A DNA stretch of 64,000 bases from Eledone cirrhosa (taxonomy: Eukaryota), in NCBI GenBank assembly GCA_964016885.1, contig OZ024766.1, positions 19,592,001-19,656,000 on the forward strand, written 5' to 3'. The notes beneath the pieces are model-generated. The model saw only the letters and a list, made by a program, of their open reading frames with translations. It was not told the origin of the DNA and ran no database searches. This document shows positions 51,801 to 64,000 of this stretch, one piece after another. Positions within the stretch are counted from its first letter, which is position 1. Every line of letters begins with the position of its first letter. The position numbers and the translations under genes are program-made.

Positions 51801-54800
51801 CCAAAGCCCCACTGTCACTGCCTCTCTCTCTCTCCCACTCTCTCATATTACACCAGGTCCTAACACAGAGGAACCAAACCCCCACTGTCACTGCCTCTCT
51901 CTCTCTCCCACTCTCTCATATTACACCAGGTCCTAACACAGAGGAACCAAACCCCCACTGTCACTGCCTCTCTCTCTCTCCCACTCTCTCATATTACACC
52001 AGGTCCTAACACAGAGGAACCAAACCCCCACTGTCACTGCCTCTCTCTCTCTCCCACTCTCTCATATTACACCAGGTCCTAACACAGAGGAACCAAACCC
52101 CCACTGTCACTGCCTCTCTCTCTCTCCCACTCTCTCATATTACACCAGGTCCTAACACAGAGGAACCAAACCCCCACTGTCACTGCCTCTCTCTCTCTCC
52201 CACTCTCTCATATTACACCAGGTCCTAACACAGAGGAACCAAACCCCCACTGTCACTGCCTCTCTCTCTCTCCCACTCTCTCATATTACACCAGGTCCTA
52301 ACACAGAGGAACCAAACCCCCACTGTCACTGCCTCTCTCTCTCTCCCACTCTCTCATATTACACCAGGTCCTAACACAGAGGAACCAAAGCCCCACTGTC
52401 ACTGCCTCTCTCTCTCTCCCACTCTCTCATATTACACCAGGTCCTAACACAGAGGAACCAAACCCCCACTGTCACTGCCTCTCTCTCTCTCCCACTCTCT
52501 CATATTACACCAGGTCCTAACACAGAGGAACCAAACCCCCACTGTCACTGCCTCTCTCTCTCTCCCACTCTCTCATATTACACCAGGTCCTAACACAGAG
52601 GAACCAAACCCCCACTGTCACTGCCTCTCTCTCTCTCCCACTCTCTCATATTACACCAGGTCCTAACACAGAGGAACCAAACCCCCACTGTCACTGCCTC
52701 TCTCTCTCCCACTCTCTCATATTACACCAGGTCCTAACACAGAGGAACCAAACTCCCACTGTCACTGCCTCTCTCTCTCCCACTCTCTCATATTACACCA
52801 GGTCCTAACACAGAGGAACCAAAGCCCCACTGTCACTGCCTCTCTCTCTCTCCCACTCTCTCATATTACACCAGGTCCTAACACAGAGGAACCAAACCCC
52901 CACTGTCACTGCCTCTCTCTCTCCCACTCTCTCATATTACACCAGGTCCTAACACAGAGGAACCAAACCCCCACTGTCACTGCCTCTCTCTCATATTACA
53001 CCAGGTCCTAACACAGAGGAACCAAACCCCCACTGTCACTGCCTCTCTCTCATATTACACCAGGTCCTAACACAGAGGAACCAAACCCCCACTGTCACTG
53101 CCTCTCTCTCTCTCTCCCACTCTCTCATATTACACCAGGTCCTAACACAGAGGAACCAAAGCCCCACTGTCACTGCCTCTCTCTCTCTCCCACTCTCTCA
53201 TATTACACCAGGTCCTAACACAGAGGAACCAAACCCCCACTGTCACTGCCTCTCTCTCTCTCTCCCACTCTCTCATATTACACCAGGTCCTAACACAGAG
53301 GAACCAAACCCCCACTGTCACTGCCTCTCTCTCTCTCTCCCACTCTCTCATATTACACCAGGTCCTAACACAGAGGAACCAAAGCCCCACTGTCACTGCC
53401 TCTCTCTCTCCCACTCTCTCATATTACACCAGGTCCTAACACAGAGGAACCAAACCCCCACTGTCACTGCCTCTCTCTCTCCCACTCTCTCATATTACAC
53501 CAGGTCCTAACACAGAGGAACCAAACCCCCACTGTCACTGCCTCTCTCTCTCTCCCACTCTCTCATATTACACCAGGTCCTAACACAGAGGAACCAAACC
53601 CCCACTGTCACTGCCTCTCTCTCTCCCACTCTCTCATATTACACCAGGTCCTAACACAGAGGAACCAAAGCCCCACTGTCACTGCCTCTCTCTCTCTCCC
53701 ACTCTCTCATATTACACCAGGTCCTAACACAGAGGAACCAAAGCCCCACTGTCACTGCCTCTCTCTCTCTCCCACTCTCTCATATTACACCAGGTCCTAA
53801 CACAGAGGAACCAAACCCCCACTGTCACTGCCTCTCTCTCTCTCCCACTCTCTCATATTACACCAGGTCCTAACACAGAGGAACCAAACCCCCACTGTCA
53901 CTGCCTCTCTCTCTCTCCCACTCTCTCATATTACACCAGGTCCTAACACAGAGGAACCAAAGCCCCACTGTCACTGCCTCTCTCTCTCTCCCACTCTCTC
54001 ATATTACACCAGGTCCTAACACAGAGGAACCAAACCCCCACTGTCACTGCCTCTCTCTCTCCCACTCTCTCATATTACACCAGGTCCTAACACAGAGGAA
54101 CCAAAGCCCCACTGTCACTGCCTCTCTCTCTCTCCCACTCTCTCATATTACACCAGGTCCTAACACAGAGGAACCAAAGCCCCACTGTCACTGCCTCTCT
54201 CTCTCTCCCACTCTCTCATATTACACCAGGTCCTAACACAGAGGAACCAAACCCCCACTGTCACTGCCTCTCTCTCTCTCCCACTCTCTCATATTACACC
54301 AGGTCCTAACACAGAGGAACCAAAGCCCCACTGTCACTGCCTCTCTCTCTCTCCCACTCTCTCATATTACACCAGGTCCTAACACAGAGGAACCAAACCC
54401 CCACTGTCACTGCCTCTCTCTCTCCCACTCTCTCATATTACACCAGGTCCTAACACAGAGGAACCAAACTCCCACTGTCACCTAGGTAGCAGAAGCTGTC
54501 TACTGTCTCTACAGAGCCCTCCCAGAGATTGGTGGTACTTGTTTCCTGTGGCTGTTTGCTGCTTGCTGTCCCAGCACAGCTGCTGCATGTGAAGCCTACA
54601 TTCTTAGCTTCTGAGCACCCACCTCCGCTGCTAATTCGGTCACCTAGGTAGCAGAAGCTGTCTACTGTCTCTACAGGGCCCTCCCAGAGATTGGTGGTAC
54701 TTGTTTCCTGTGGCTGTTTGCTGCTTGCTGTTCCAGCACAGCTGCTGCATGTGAAGCCTACATTCTTAGCTTCTGAGCACCCACCTCCGCTGCTAATTCG

Positions 54801-55063
54801 GTCACCTAGGTAGCAGAAGCTGTCTACTGTCCCTACAGGGCCCTCCCAGAGATTGGTGGTACTTGTTTCCTGTGGCTGTTTGCTGCTTGCTGTCCCAGCA
54901 CAGCTGCTGCATGTGAAGCCTACATTCTTAGCTAAGCTTCCTAAGGTCCCACTACATCTCTTGTGTACCCATTGTTTGCATTTGGGGCAGAGAATAGAGT
55001 TCCTATCTACACCTTTCCTACATACTGAGCAAGGCCATTTCCCTGAGGGGATCTGGGTTCTGT

Positions 55064-55064
<1 letters not shown>
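45835..55064 (-). mobile_element. RTE-B internal fragment split by the satellite; 162-bp triplication at 54477-54930
   Basis: 45835-45956 matches 35093-35211; 54477-55064 matches 35226-35485. Confidence 0.85.
45957..54480. repeat. 73-bp satellite array, ~8.5 kb, about 117 copies
   Basis: (CCCCCACTGTCACTGC(CT)nCCCACTCTCTCATATTACACCAGGTCCTAACACAGAGGAACCAAA)n; variants differ in CT number and at the G/C/T positions after CCAAA. Confidence 0.97.
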
Positions 55065-56048
<984 letters not shown>

Positions 56049-56662
56049 CATATATGGTAAATGTGATTGTCACAAGGATTGGTCAAAAGTTTGTTGTTGA
56101 GACACATGATTCTATCATGGCATTTTGTGGAAGGAAGGGGCAGCTGAACTTGCCAGTAGAAGAAAGAGGGAGAGAGAGTGGAGGAAACCCAGTTGTGTGT
56201 TGATAGTGTCAACTACAGCAGAATGCTAAGGATAGGAGGTCAAGAGGGGAGGAAGTCGACAAAATAAGTAGATCTATATGGAGTAAATCTATATAGAAAA
56301 ATAAGAATGTTAAAAATATTTAAAAAAACACAATTTCTGGTTACTATCCCCCTACCACAATCATCAAATCTCTCACTGGTACTGCTAAACTATAGAAAAG
56401 TTTAATAGGTGCGGCGAGATACTAAATACGAGATTATAGTGAAAGAATTTTATGAGTTAGTAGTAATCGGCCAAAAATAATACAAAATAATAATTATTTT
56501 GTATTATTGTTATACTTTGGGAGGGTCATGTTGCCAATAAGAAACACACGCACCAGTTGCTTTCACTTCAATTTAATTTATTATATATTTATAAATTTAC
56601 AAATTTATAAATTTCTGGTTGGTTGGTTGGTTCCACAACCAGATAGTTGTTTATATATATAT

Positions 56663-57151
56663 AGAAAAACATGGGATGAGCTGATAAACTCCGACCTCAC
56701 ACACTTACACCTCTCCAAGACAATGTCACTGGACCGTGACCTTTGGCGGTACTCAGTAACAGAGAAGACCCGCCTTGCCAGTAGGCATCTCTAACAAACT
56801 ACACCCCGTCCCGCCACCACCCCCACCCCATCCACACCACCCTGTTCCATGTAAAGTTATGTTGGTGCCGCGCCATCCAGGCCAAAACAAACGAGATCGT
56901 GTAGGTGTCACGACAAAAAAACACACAGTCCACGCTGTAATGTGGCCGTGTAGGCAACACGGTAAAAACCTCCCAGACCCACACTGTAAATGTGGTTGGT
57001 GTTAGGAAGGGCATCCAACTGTAGAAAACCTGCCAGACAGTCCTATGCGAGCAAGACAATCACTCTTGCCTCAAGTGGGACTACCCCCGTCCAAACCCAT
57101 GCAAGCATGGAACACGGACGTTAAACGTTGATGATGATGATGATGATGATG
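56663..57151 (+). mobile_element. RTE (family C) 3' end: ORF terminus, 3'UTR and (GAT)n
   Basis: RKTWDELINSDL..DRDLWR..RHL* followed by a UTR sharing GTTGGTGTTAGGAAGGGCATCCA with family B. Confidence 0.85.
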
Positions 57152-57239
57152 ATAGTCATAGTTCTTTCGTCACACACTCTGTGACCTCTTCAGTGACTGG
57201 GGATTTCTTTCTTCGTTTCTGTGCCTTTCCTTTCTTCTA

Positions 57240-57305
57240 TCCTACGCCATTTTGTTTGTGTGTGGGTTGCGTGCTCAGTTTGCGCATGCGCCACATCCGG
57301 GTGTC
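57240..57305 (-). promoter_or_regulatory. Candidate housekeeping-type core promoter (YY1, NRF1 and ETS-like motifs)
   Basis: CGCCATTTT at 57245-57253, TGCGCATGCGC at 57281-57291 and ACATCCGGGT at 57293-57302, all within 60 bp; strand inferred from YY1 orientation. Confidence 0.5.
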
Positions 57306-57384
57306 TGTGTGTGTTTGTGTTCATTTTTCTATTTTTCTATTTATATTTGTTTGTTTATTTATTTATTTATTTATTGTTGGTTGG

Positions 57385-57602
57385 TTGTTTGTTCTATGTG
57401 TGTGTGTGTTTTCATTTTGTCTTGTGTGTGTTTTCATTTTGTGTGTGTTTTCAATTGTAAGTTGTTTGTTCTATGTGTGTGTGTGTTTTCATTTTGTCTT
57501 GTGTGTGTTTTCATTTTGTGTGTGTTTTCAATTGTAAGTTGTTTGTTCTATGTGTGTGTGTGTTTTCATTTTGTCTTGTGTGTGTTTTCATTTTGTGTGT
57601 GT
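57385..57602. repeat. 77-bp GT-rich tandem repeat, about 3 copies
   Basis: GTTCTATGTGTG recurs at 57391, 57468 and 57545. Confidence 0.85.
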
Positions 57603-58679
57603 TAAAATTCAGAAATTCAGAAACGAAATATTTTGTATTAGTTTTCTTAGTATTTTGGCCCCCTACTTGTTGGCCTGTCACTGTAAGATGGATTTGGCCG
57701 ATTACTACTAACTCATAAAATTCTTTCACTATAATCTCGTATTTAGTATCTCGCTGCACCTAGTAAACTTTTCTATAGTTTAGCAGTACCAGTGAGAGAT
57801 TTGATGATTGTGGTAGGGGGATAGTAACCAGAAATTGTTTTTTTAATATTTTTAACATTCTTATTTTTCTATATAGATTTACTCCATATAGATCTACTTA
57901 TTTTGTCGACTTCCTCCCCCTCTTGACCGCCTATCCTTAGCATTCTGCTGTAGTTGACACTATCAACACACAACTGGGTTTCCTCCACTCTCTCTCCCTC
58001 TTTCTTCTACTGGCAAGTTCAGCTGCCCCTTCCTTCCACAAAATGCCATGATAGAATTGTGTCTCAACAACAAACTTTTGACCAATCCTTGTGACAATCA
58101 CTTTTACCATATATGGAATATTACCCCCTGAGAAGCTCGGCTATTCATTTACCAGGATAAAAATTTTCATTTAGTCCAGAATTAGCCGTCGAAATGGCTT
58201 GAGCTCAGCCGTCGGGGTCCTACTCGTTCCTATTACTCACTCTCCTACCCTAAGTATTGAGTACTTTGGTGCGTTATGGTCCACCTGGTTCCTTACCACA
58301 TTTCCTTCGTTATATATATATATATATAGGCCTATATGAGCGAGACACGGTCACCCGACCAATCTTGCCTCAATTGGGACAATTCCCGCCTAACCCATGC
58401 TAGAGAAAATATAGGGGTCATACTTTCTCCTATTACCCACTCTACTACCCTAAGTATTGAGTAATCTGGTGCGTTATGGTCCATCTGGTTCTTACCACAC
58501 TTTCTTTGTTATACATATATATATATGGTGGCTGCCAACTCGTTTTCGAGTACGGCCACCAATTTTTTTATGTGCATAACACTCCCTGAAATATAAGTAA
58601 TACACATGTAAAGTTTGAAAAAGATCGGTTGAGTATTTCTCGGGTTTCACACACACATGGTGGCTGCCAACTCGTTTTC

Positions 58680-59711
58680 GAGTACGGCCACTACTTTATA
58701 TCCATGTAGGAGAACCCCTACCGATACGCTGAACGAGTGTGACTTTTTAGTCCAGCCAGCGACTTGAAAACTCTGGTACAAACACTACACTTGTGACAAT
58801 TATTGACACATAGTGCTGGGCCCATGCTACCATGTGACGACAAGTGCAGGGAGATCTCCAGATATAAAGCAATGCCTGTGCCGTGAAGCTTTTATAGTGA
58901 GCAAAGGCACTGCACAAAGCCAGTCCCACTCTCTTAACCAAGATGATATTTACCAAAAAGAAGAACAAGTCAACATCATTGGATACCATCAGGGTTGCAG
59001 GTGTTATATCAGAGTTTTCCTTCTCCTAGAATTCTGCCTTGACAAAGGCTAAGGGGTCATCTCTCCCAATATATATATATATATATATATATATACTCTG
59101 GTACAAACACTACACTTGTGACAATTATTGACACATAGTGCTGGGCCCATGGTACCCTGTGACGACAAGTGCAGAGAGATCTCCAGATATAAAGCAATGC
59201 CTGTGCTGTGAAGCTTTTATAGTGAGCAAAGGCACTGCACAAAGCCAGTCCCACTCTCTTAACCAAGATGATATTTACCAAAAAGAAGAACAAGTCAACA
59301 TCATTGGATACCATCAGGGTTGCAGGTGTTATATCAGAGTTTTCCCTCTCCTAGAATTCTGCCTTGACAAAGGCTAAGGGGTCATCTCTCCCAATATATA
59401 TATATATATATATATACTCTGGTACAAACACTACACTTGTGACAATTATTGACACATAGTGCTGGGCCCATGGTACCATGTGACGACAAGTGCAGAGAGA
59501 TCTCCACATATAAAGCAATGCCTGTGCCGTGAAGCTTTTATAGTGAGCAAAGGCACTGCACAAAGCCAGTCCCACTCTCTTAACCAAGATGATATTTACC
59601 AAAAAGAAGAACAAGTCAACATCATTGGATACCATCAGGGTTGCAGGTGTTATATCAGAGTTTTCCCTCTCCTAGAATTCTGCCTTGACAAAGGCTAAGG
59701 GGTCATCTCTC

Positions 59712-59762
<51 letters not shown>

Positions 59763-60115
59763 TCTGGTACAAACACTACACCTGTGACAATTACTGACAC
59801 ATAGTGCTGGGCCCATGGTACCATGTGACGACAAGTGCAGAGATATCTCCAGATATAAAGCAATGCCTGTGCCGTGAAGCTTTTATAGTGAGCAAAGGCA
59901 CTGCACAAAGCCAGTCCCACTCTCTTAACCAAGATGATATTTACCAAAAAGAAGAACAAGTCAACATCATTGGATACCATCAGGGTTGCAGGTGTTATAT
60001 CAGAGTTTTCCTTCTCCTAGAATTCTGCCTTGACAAAGGCTGGACTAAAAAGTCACACTCGTTCAGCGCATCGGTAGGGGTTCTCCTGCATGGATATAAA
60101 GTAGTGGCCGTACTC
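58680..60115. repeat. 78-bp inverted repeats (58680-58757 and 60038-60115) enclosing four ~325-bp tandem units separated by (TA)n
   Basis: Units start at ~58770, 59095, 59416 and 59761, with a partial fifth at 60112; the arms are reverse complements with 2 mismatches. Confidence 0.85.
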
Positions 60116-60299
60116 TGGTACAAACACTACACTTGTGACAATTATTGACACCTAGTGCTGGGCCCATGGTACCATGTGACCCAAGGTGTCGTGTGAGATC
60201 ACTACTCGACCTGCATACCCTTCCACATCACACGTCGTCGTCTGATGAACACTTATAGCTCCACAGGTGCCTGCTTCCCTGTTCTTGTGCACTCTCTGG

Positions 60300-60598
60300 T
60301 GACTCTTTAGACCTGCCATGCTCAGACAAACCCTATTACAGGTCTCACATGTCAGGTCAGGCCGTCTGTCAGTGCCTTCGGGAAGGCCAACATGGATTCC
60401 TTTCCGGACATCTCTTTTTAGTGTCGCGTGCCTTCATCTTGTTTCCTCAAATAGACTCTTTCCCCTAGCCACTGCTTTCCTCCACTGCGATCGGTCGCTA
60501 GCGCATGCTTCCCAGTGCTCGGTAGGGATGTTACTTTTCTTGAGCGCCCCCTTGATGCAGTCCTTAAAACGCATCTAGGGTTTGCTCGCGTTCCTTTT
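60300..60598 (-). mobile_element. Old BovB-like RTE C-terminal fragment, continuing from 61860-61940
   Basis: KRNASKP*MRFKDCIK…WEACASDRSQWRKAV motif. Confidence 0.65.
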
Positions 60599-60635
60599 AT
60601 AATAATAATAATTATAATAATAATAATAATAATAA

Positions 60636-61113
60636 TGCGGTGATGGAGAACAATCAGGTGAAGGTGCTGTGGGATTTTAGGATACAGACGGACAAAAAAC
60701 TGGAACACAATAGACCTGACCTGGTGGTTGTGGACAAAGAAAAAAGATCGTGTCTGATTGTGGATGTGGCCTGCCCGTTCGACACGAGAGTGCAAGAGAA
60801 GGAGAGGGAGAAAATTAACCGATACCAGGACTTACAGTGGGAGGTGAAAAGGATTTGGAACTGCCATGAAGTCAAAGTGATCCCGATTGTCATAGGCGCA
60901 CTGGGGACTATCTCCAAAAGTTTCCAGGGATGGTTAAAGAAAATCGGCCCCTTCACGCTTTTTGGAACGCTTCAAAAGGCATGCTTGCTGGGAACAGCAA
61001 GAACCCTCCGATACGTCCTGAATATCTGAGGCTGCAGGTAGGGGCTTGATATTCAATCCAACGGACTTTCCAGTTAACCAACACCAATGACTGAGATTCA
61101 AGGAATAACAACG
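60636..61113 (+). mobile_element. 3' fragment of an R4/Dong-type non-LTR retrotransposon (restriction-like endonuclease domain; ORF ends 61029)
   Basis: LWDFRIQTD..RPDLVVVDK..IVDVACP..EK..KINRY..IPIVIGALG, a PD-(D/E)xK RLE motif; flanked by (TAA)n on both sides. Confidence 0.88.
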
Positions 61114-61147
<34 letters not shown>

Positions 61148-61860
61148 AATTATTGTGTACAGTGCTCAGGTGCACTACAACTCATCAAAGGTGCATGTAT
61201 AGTACATAGAATAATGTACAAATGTCAGGAAAATGAACAGTGTACGAGTCATGATATAATAACAATAACAATAATGAAATATTGTGCACAGTGCCCAGGT
61301 GCACCACAACTCATCAAAAAAGTGCATGTACAGTACATAGGGCAATGCACAAACATCAGTAAAATGAACAGTGCACGAGTCATGATACACACATGTGTGC
61401 ATGTGTATGGAAGGGGTACATCAGGTGTAGTTTTGGCGTATTTCGGGAAGCATGAGTGTCTTAAAGGATGCAGTGTCTCGGCAGCTAACAACTGACGCAG
61501 GCAGTTTGTTCCCTACTTCAGCAACTCTGAGCGTGAAAAAATGTCTGCGAAAGTCATGGGAGCTGTGCTGTTTTCTTATCTTGTAGGCATGTCCACGTGT
61601 GTTAGACACATGGAGATCAAAGAGGCGCTCAGGGTTGCAGTTGGCGAGATGGTTAAAAACTTTGTGGGTATTCACCAAGTCCATTGCCAGACGTCGGAGC
61701 TTCAATGAATCCATGCCCAGGGAAGCAAGGCGTTCAGAGTATGGTAGGTGTCTGATGGAGGGTATGCGCTTGGTTGCACGTCTCTGAACAGTTTCCAGGA
61801 GGTCAATGTTCCGAGCAAGATAGGGGTTCCAGACTGATGATGCGAATTCCAAGTGTGTCC
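61114..61860 (-). mobile_element. 5'-truncated CR1-type LINE with 3'UTR and (ATT)n tail
   Basis: LEFASSVWNPY..LETVQRRATK..YSERL..L..RR..TRGH..F..RV..NKLP; stop at 61421. Confidence 0.88.
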
Positions 61861-61940
61861 GCCCATTTGAAGCTCGCCCTAAAGCAGCTGCTTCGACATT
61901 CGCCTGCCCAGTGCAGCTGATGTTTCAAAATCAAGGCCTC
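61860..61940 (-). mobile_element. Old BovB-like RTE fragment (upstream half)
   Basis: EALILKHQLHWAG…KQLL*GELQMG. Confidence 0.6.
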
Positions 61941-62327
61941 AACACACACATATATATATAGAGAGAGAGAGAGTGAGAGAAAGAGAGGTGTATATAGACA
62001 CATAATGACAAACGGGAAGAAATAACTGCAGCATTTCACTGGTATTTCATTTATGGATCTCAAAATATATAAGCAACTTCACCTCAGTGGGATTTGTACT
62101 GAGAGAGCTAGGGAGCAGGCACTGAAAATATATCCAGATGTGCACACATATATACACATACGTACACACATACACATACTTATACACACGTAAATATACA
62201 TACTCAAATATATATACACACGTAAATATACACTCACATATAGATATACATATACACAAATGTAGGTACAATCATATTTATGGAGAGAAATTTCCACACA
62301 CATACATATACACTCATATATATATAC

Positions 62328-62429
<102 letters not shown>

Positions 62430-62624
62430 TGTTTGTAAATTCTGTACCATACAGATTTGTTAGCACAAGTCTTGGTTACAACTTCTACAAATAAAATTAA
62501 AGGAGAAGAATTTCAGAATAAACAAGTTTTATTCAAAATATTAACAACATTGGTGGCACTATTTTGGATGAGTGACATAGTTTTTATCTTGTCTGATTGT
62601 GTTGCATTAAGTAATCTTTACAAG

Positions 62625-63285
<661 letters not shown>

Positions 63286-63580
63286 TGTTTGTGTCTAGTT
63301 GAACAAGCTTTCATGGATAATAATTTACCACAAATATTACAGTGATTGGCTTTTCTCCAGTATATATATATGTTTGTGTCTAGTTAATGTAGCAATGAAA
63401 GAGAATAATTTCTCCCCAATATCATAGTGGTATGTCTTCTAGCTCATATAAATGTATTTGTGTTTAATTAATTCACCATTTTGAGATAATGAGATATGAC
63501 TTTGTTATGGTTTCTCACCTGTATGGGTATATTTATGTCTAGTTAAACTACTTGATACAGAGAAAGATTTACCACAGATA

Positions 63581-64000
63581 TCAGTGATATGGTTTCTTAC
63601 ATCTATGGGTACGTTTGTGTCTAGTTAAATGACTACTTACAGAGAATGATTTACCACAGATATCGCAGTGGTATGGTTTCACACCTGTATGGGTACGTAT
63701 GTGGCTAGTTAAGGAACTACTTACAGAGAATGATTTAAGACAGATGTCACAGTGATATGGCTTCTCACCTGTATGTATACGTAAGTGTTTAGTTAAGGTA
63801 TCACTTTGAGGGAATGATTTACCACAGATATCACACTGATATGGCTTCTCTCCTGTATGTATACGATTGTGAGAAATGAAGGCACTACTTACAGAGAATG
63901 ATTTACCACAGATGTCACAGTGGTATGGCTTCTCTCCTGTATGTAGAAGCTTGTGTCTAGTTAAGGTGGTACTAACAGAGAATGATTTACTACAGATATC
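63581..64000 (-). CDS. 3' part of a sixth poly-C2H2 ZNF gene, running off the window
   Basis: Manual translation gives about 5 fingers (…SVSTTLTRH…SVSSAFISH…PQSDTLTKH…SVSSSLTSH…[20 protein letters not shown]). A 2-bp deletion creates TGA at 63581-63583. The former last finger and its TAA (63505-63507) lie out of frame downstream. Confidence 0.8.
   Translation of the reverse strand, partial: DICSKSFSVSTTLTRHKLLHTGEKPYHCDICGKSFSVSSAFISHNRIHTGEKPYQCDICGKSFPQSDTLTKHLRIHTGEKPYHCDICLKSFSVSSSLTSHIRTHTGVKPYHCDICGKSFSVSSHLTRHKRTHRCKKPYH

Larger units (their letters stand above)
56049..58115. repeat. ~425-bp inverted repeats (56049-56475 and 57693-58115) around a 1.2-kb spacer; possible non-autonomous TIR element
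   Basis: CATATATGGTAAATGTGATTGTCACAAGG…GTAATCGGCCAAA is the reverse complement of TTTGGCCGATTAC…CCTTGTGACAATCACTTTTACCATATATG, with few mismatches. Confidence 0.88.

Noticed and set aside
58747-60148. Repeated 79-114-aa ORFs on both strands
   Set aside because: They recur only because of the tandem repeat, show no recognisable domain, and run into TA tracts.

Overview
AT-rich animal genomic DNA. The C2H2 cluster architecture and the SINE/LINE types suggest an octopus or other cephalopod; this is an inference. The window holds a tandem cluster of six minus-strand poly-C2H2 zinc-finger genes with one coding exon each. Five have intact ORFs (13, 21, 17, 20 and 10 fingers) and the sixth is partial at the right edge. 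Bases 1 to ~38.5 kb are four recent tandem segmental duplications of 7-12 kb plus the start of a fifth. Each unit carries a ZNF exon, an 80-bp finger-derived non-coding repeat, a 20-bp minisatellite, and old RTE and CR1 fragments. The units differ in finger number, VNTR length and young LINE/SINE insertions. From 40 to 62 kb the sequence is dense in transposons: RTE LINEs whose reverse transcriptase carries an inserted PHD-type finger, partner tRNA/CORE SINEs, and an 8.5-kb 73-bp satellite inside an RTE. That region also has two inverted-repeat-bounded cassettes, one containing the only clear promoter-like motif cluster, and a three-level nested BovB-like/CR1/Dong insertion. No prokaryotic systems are present.
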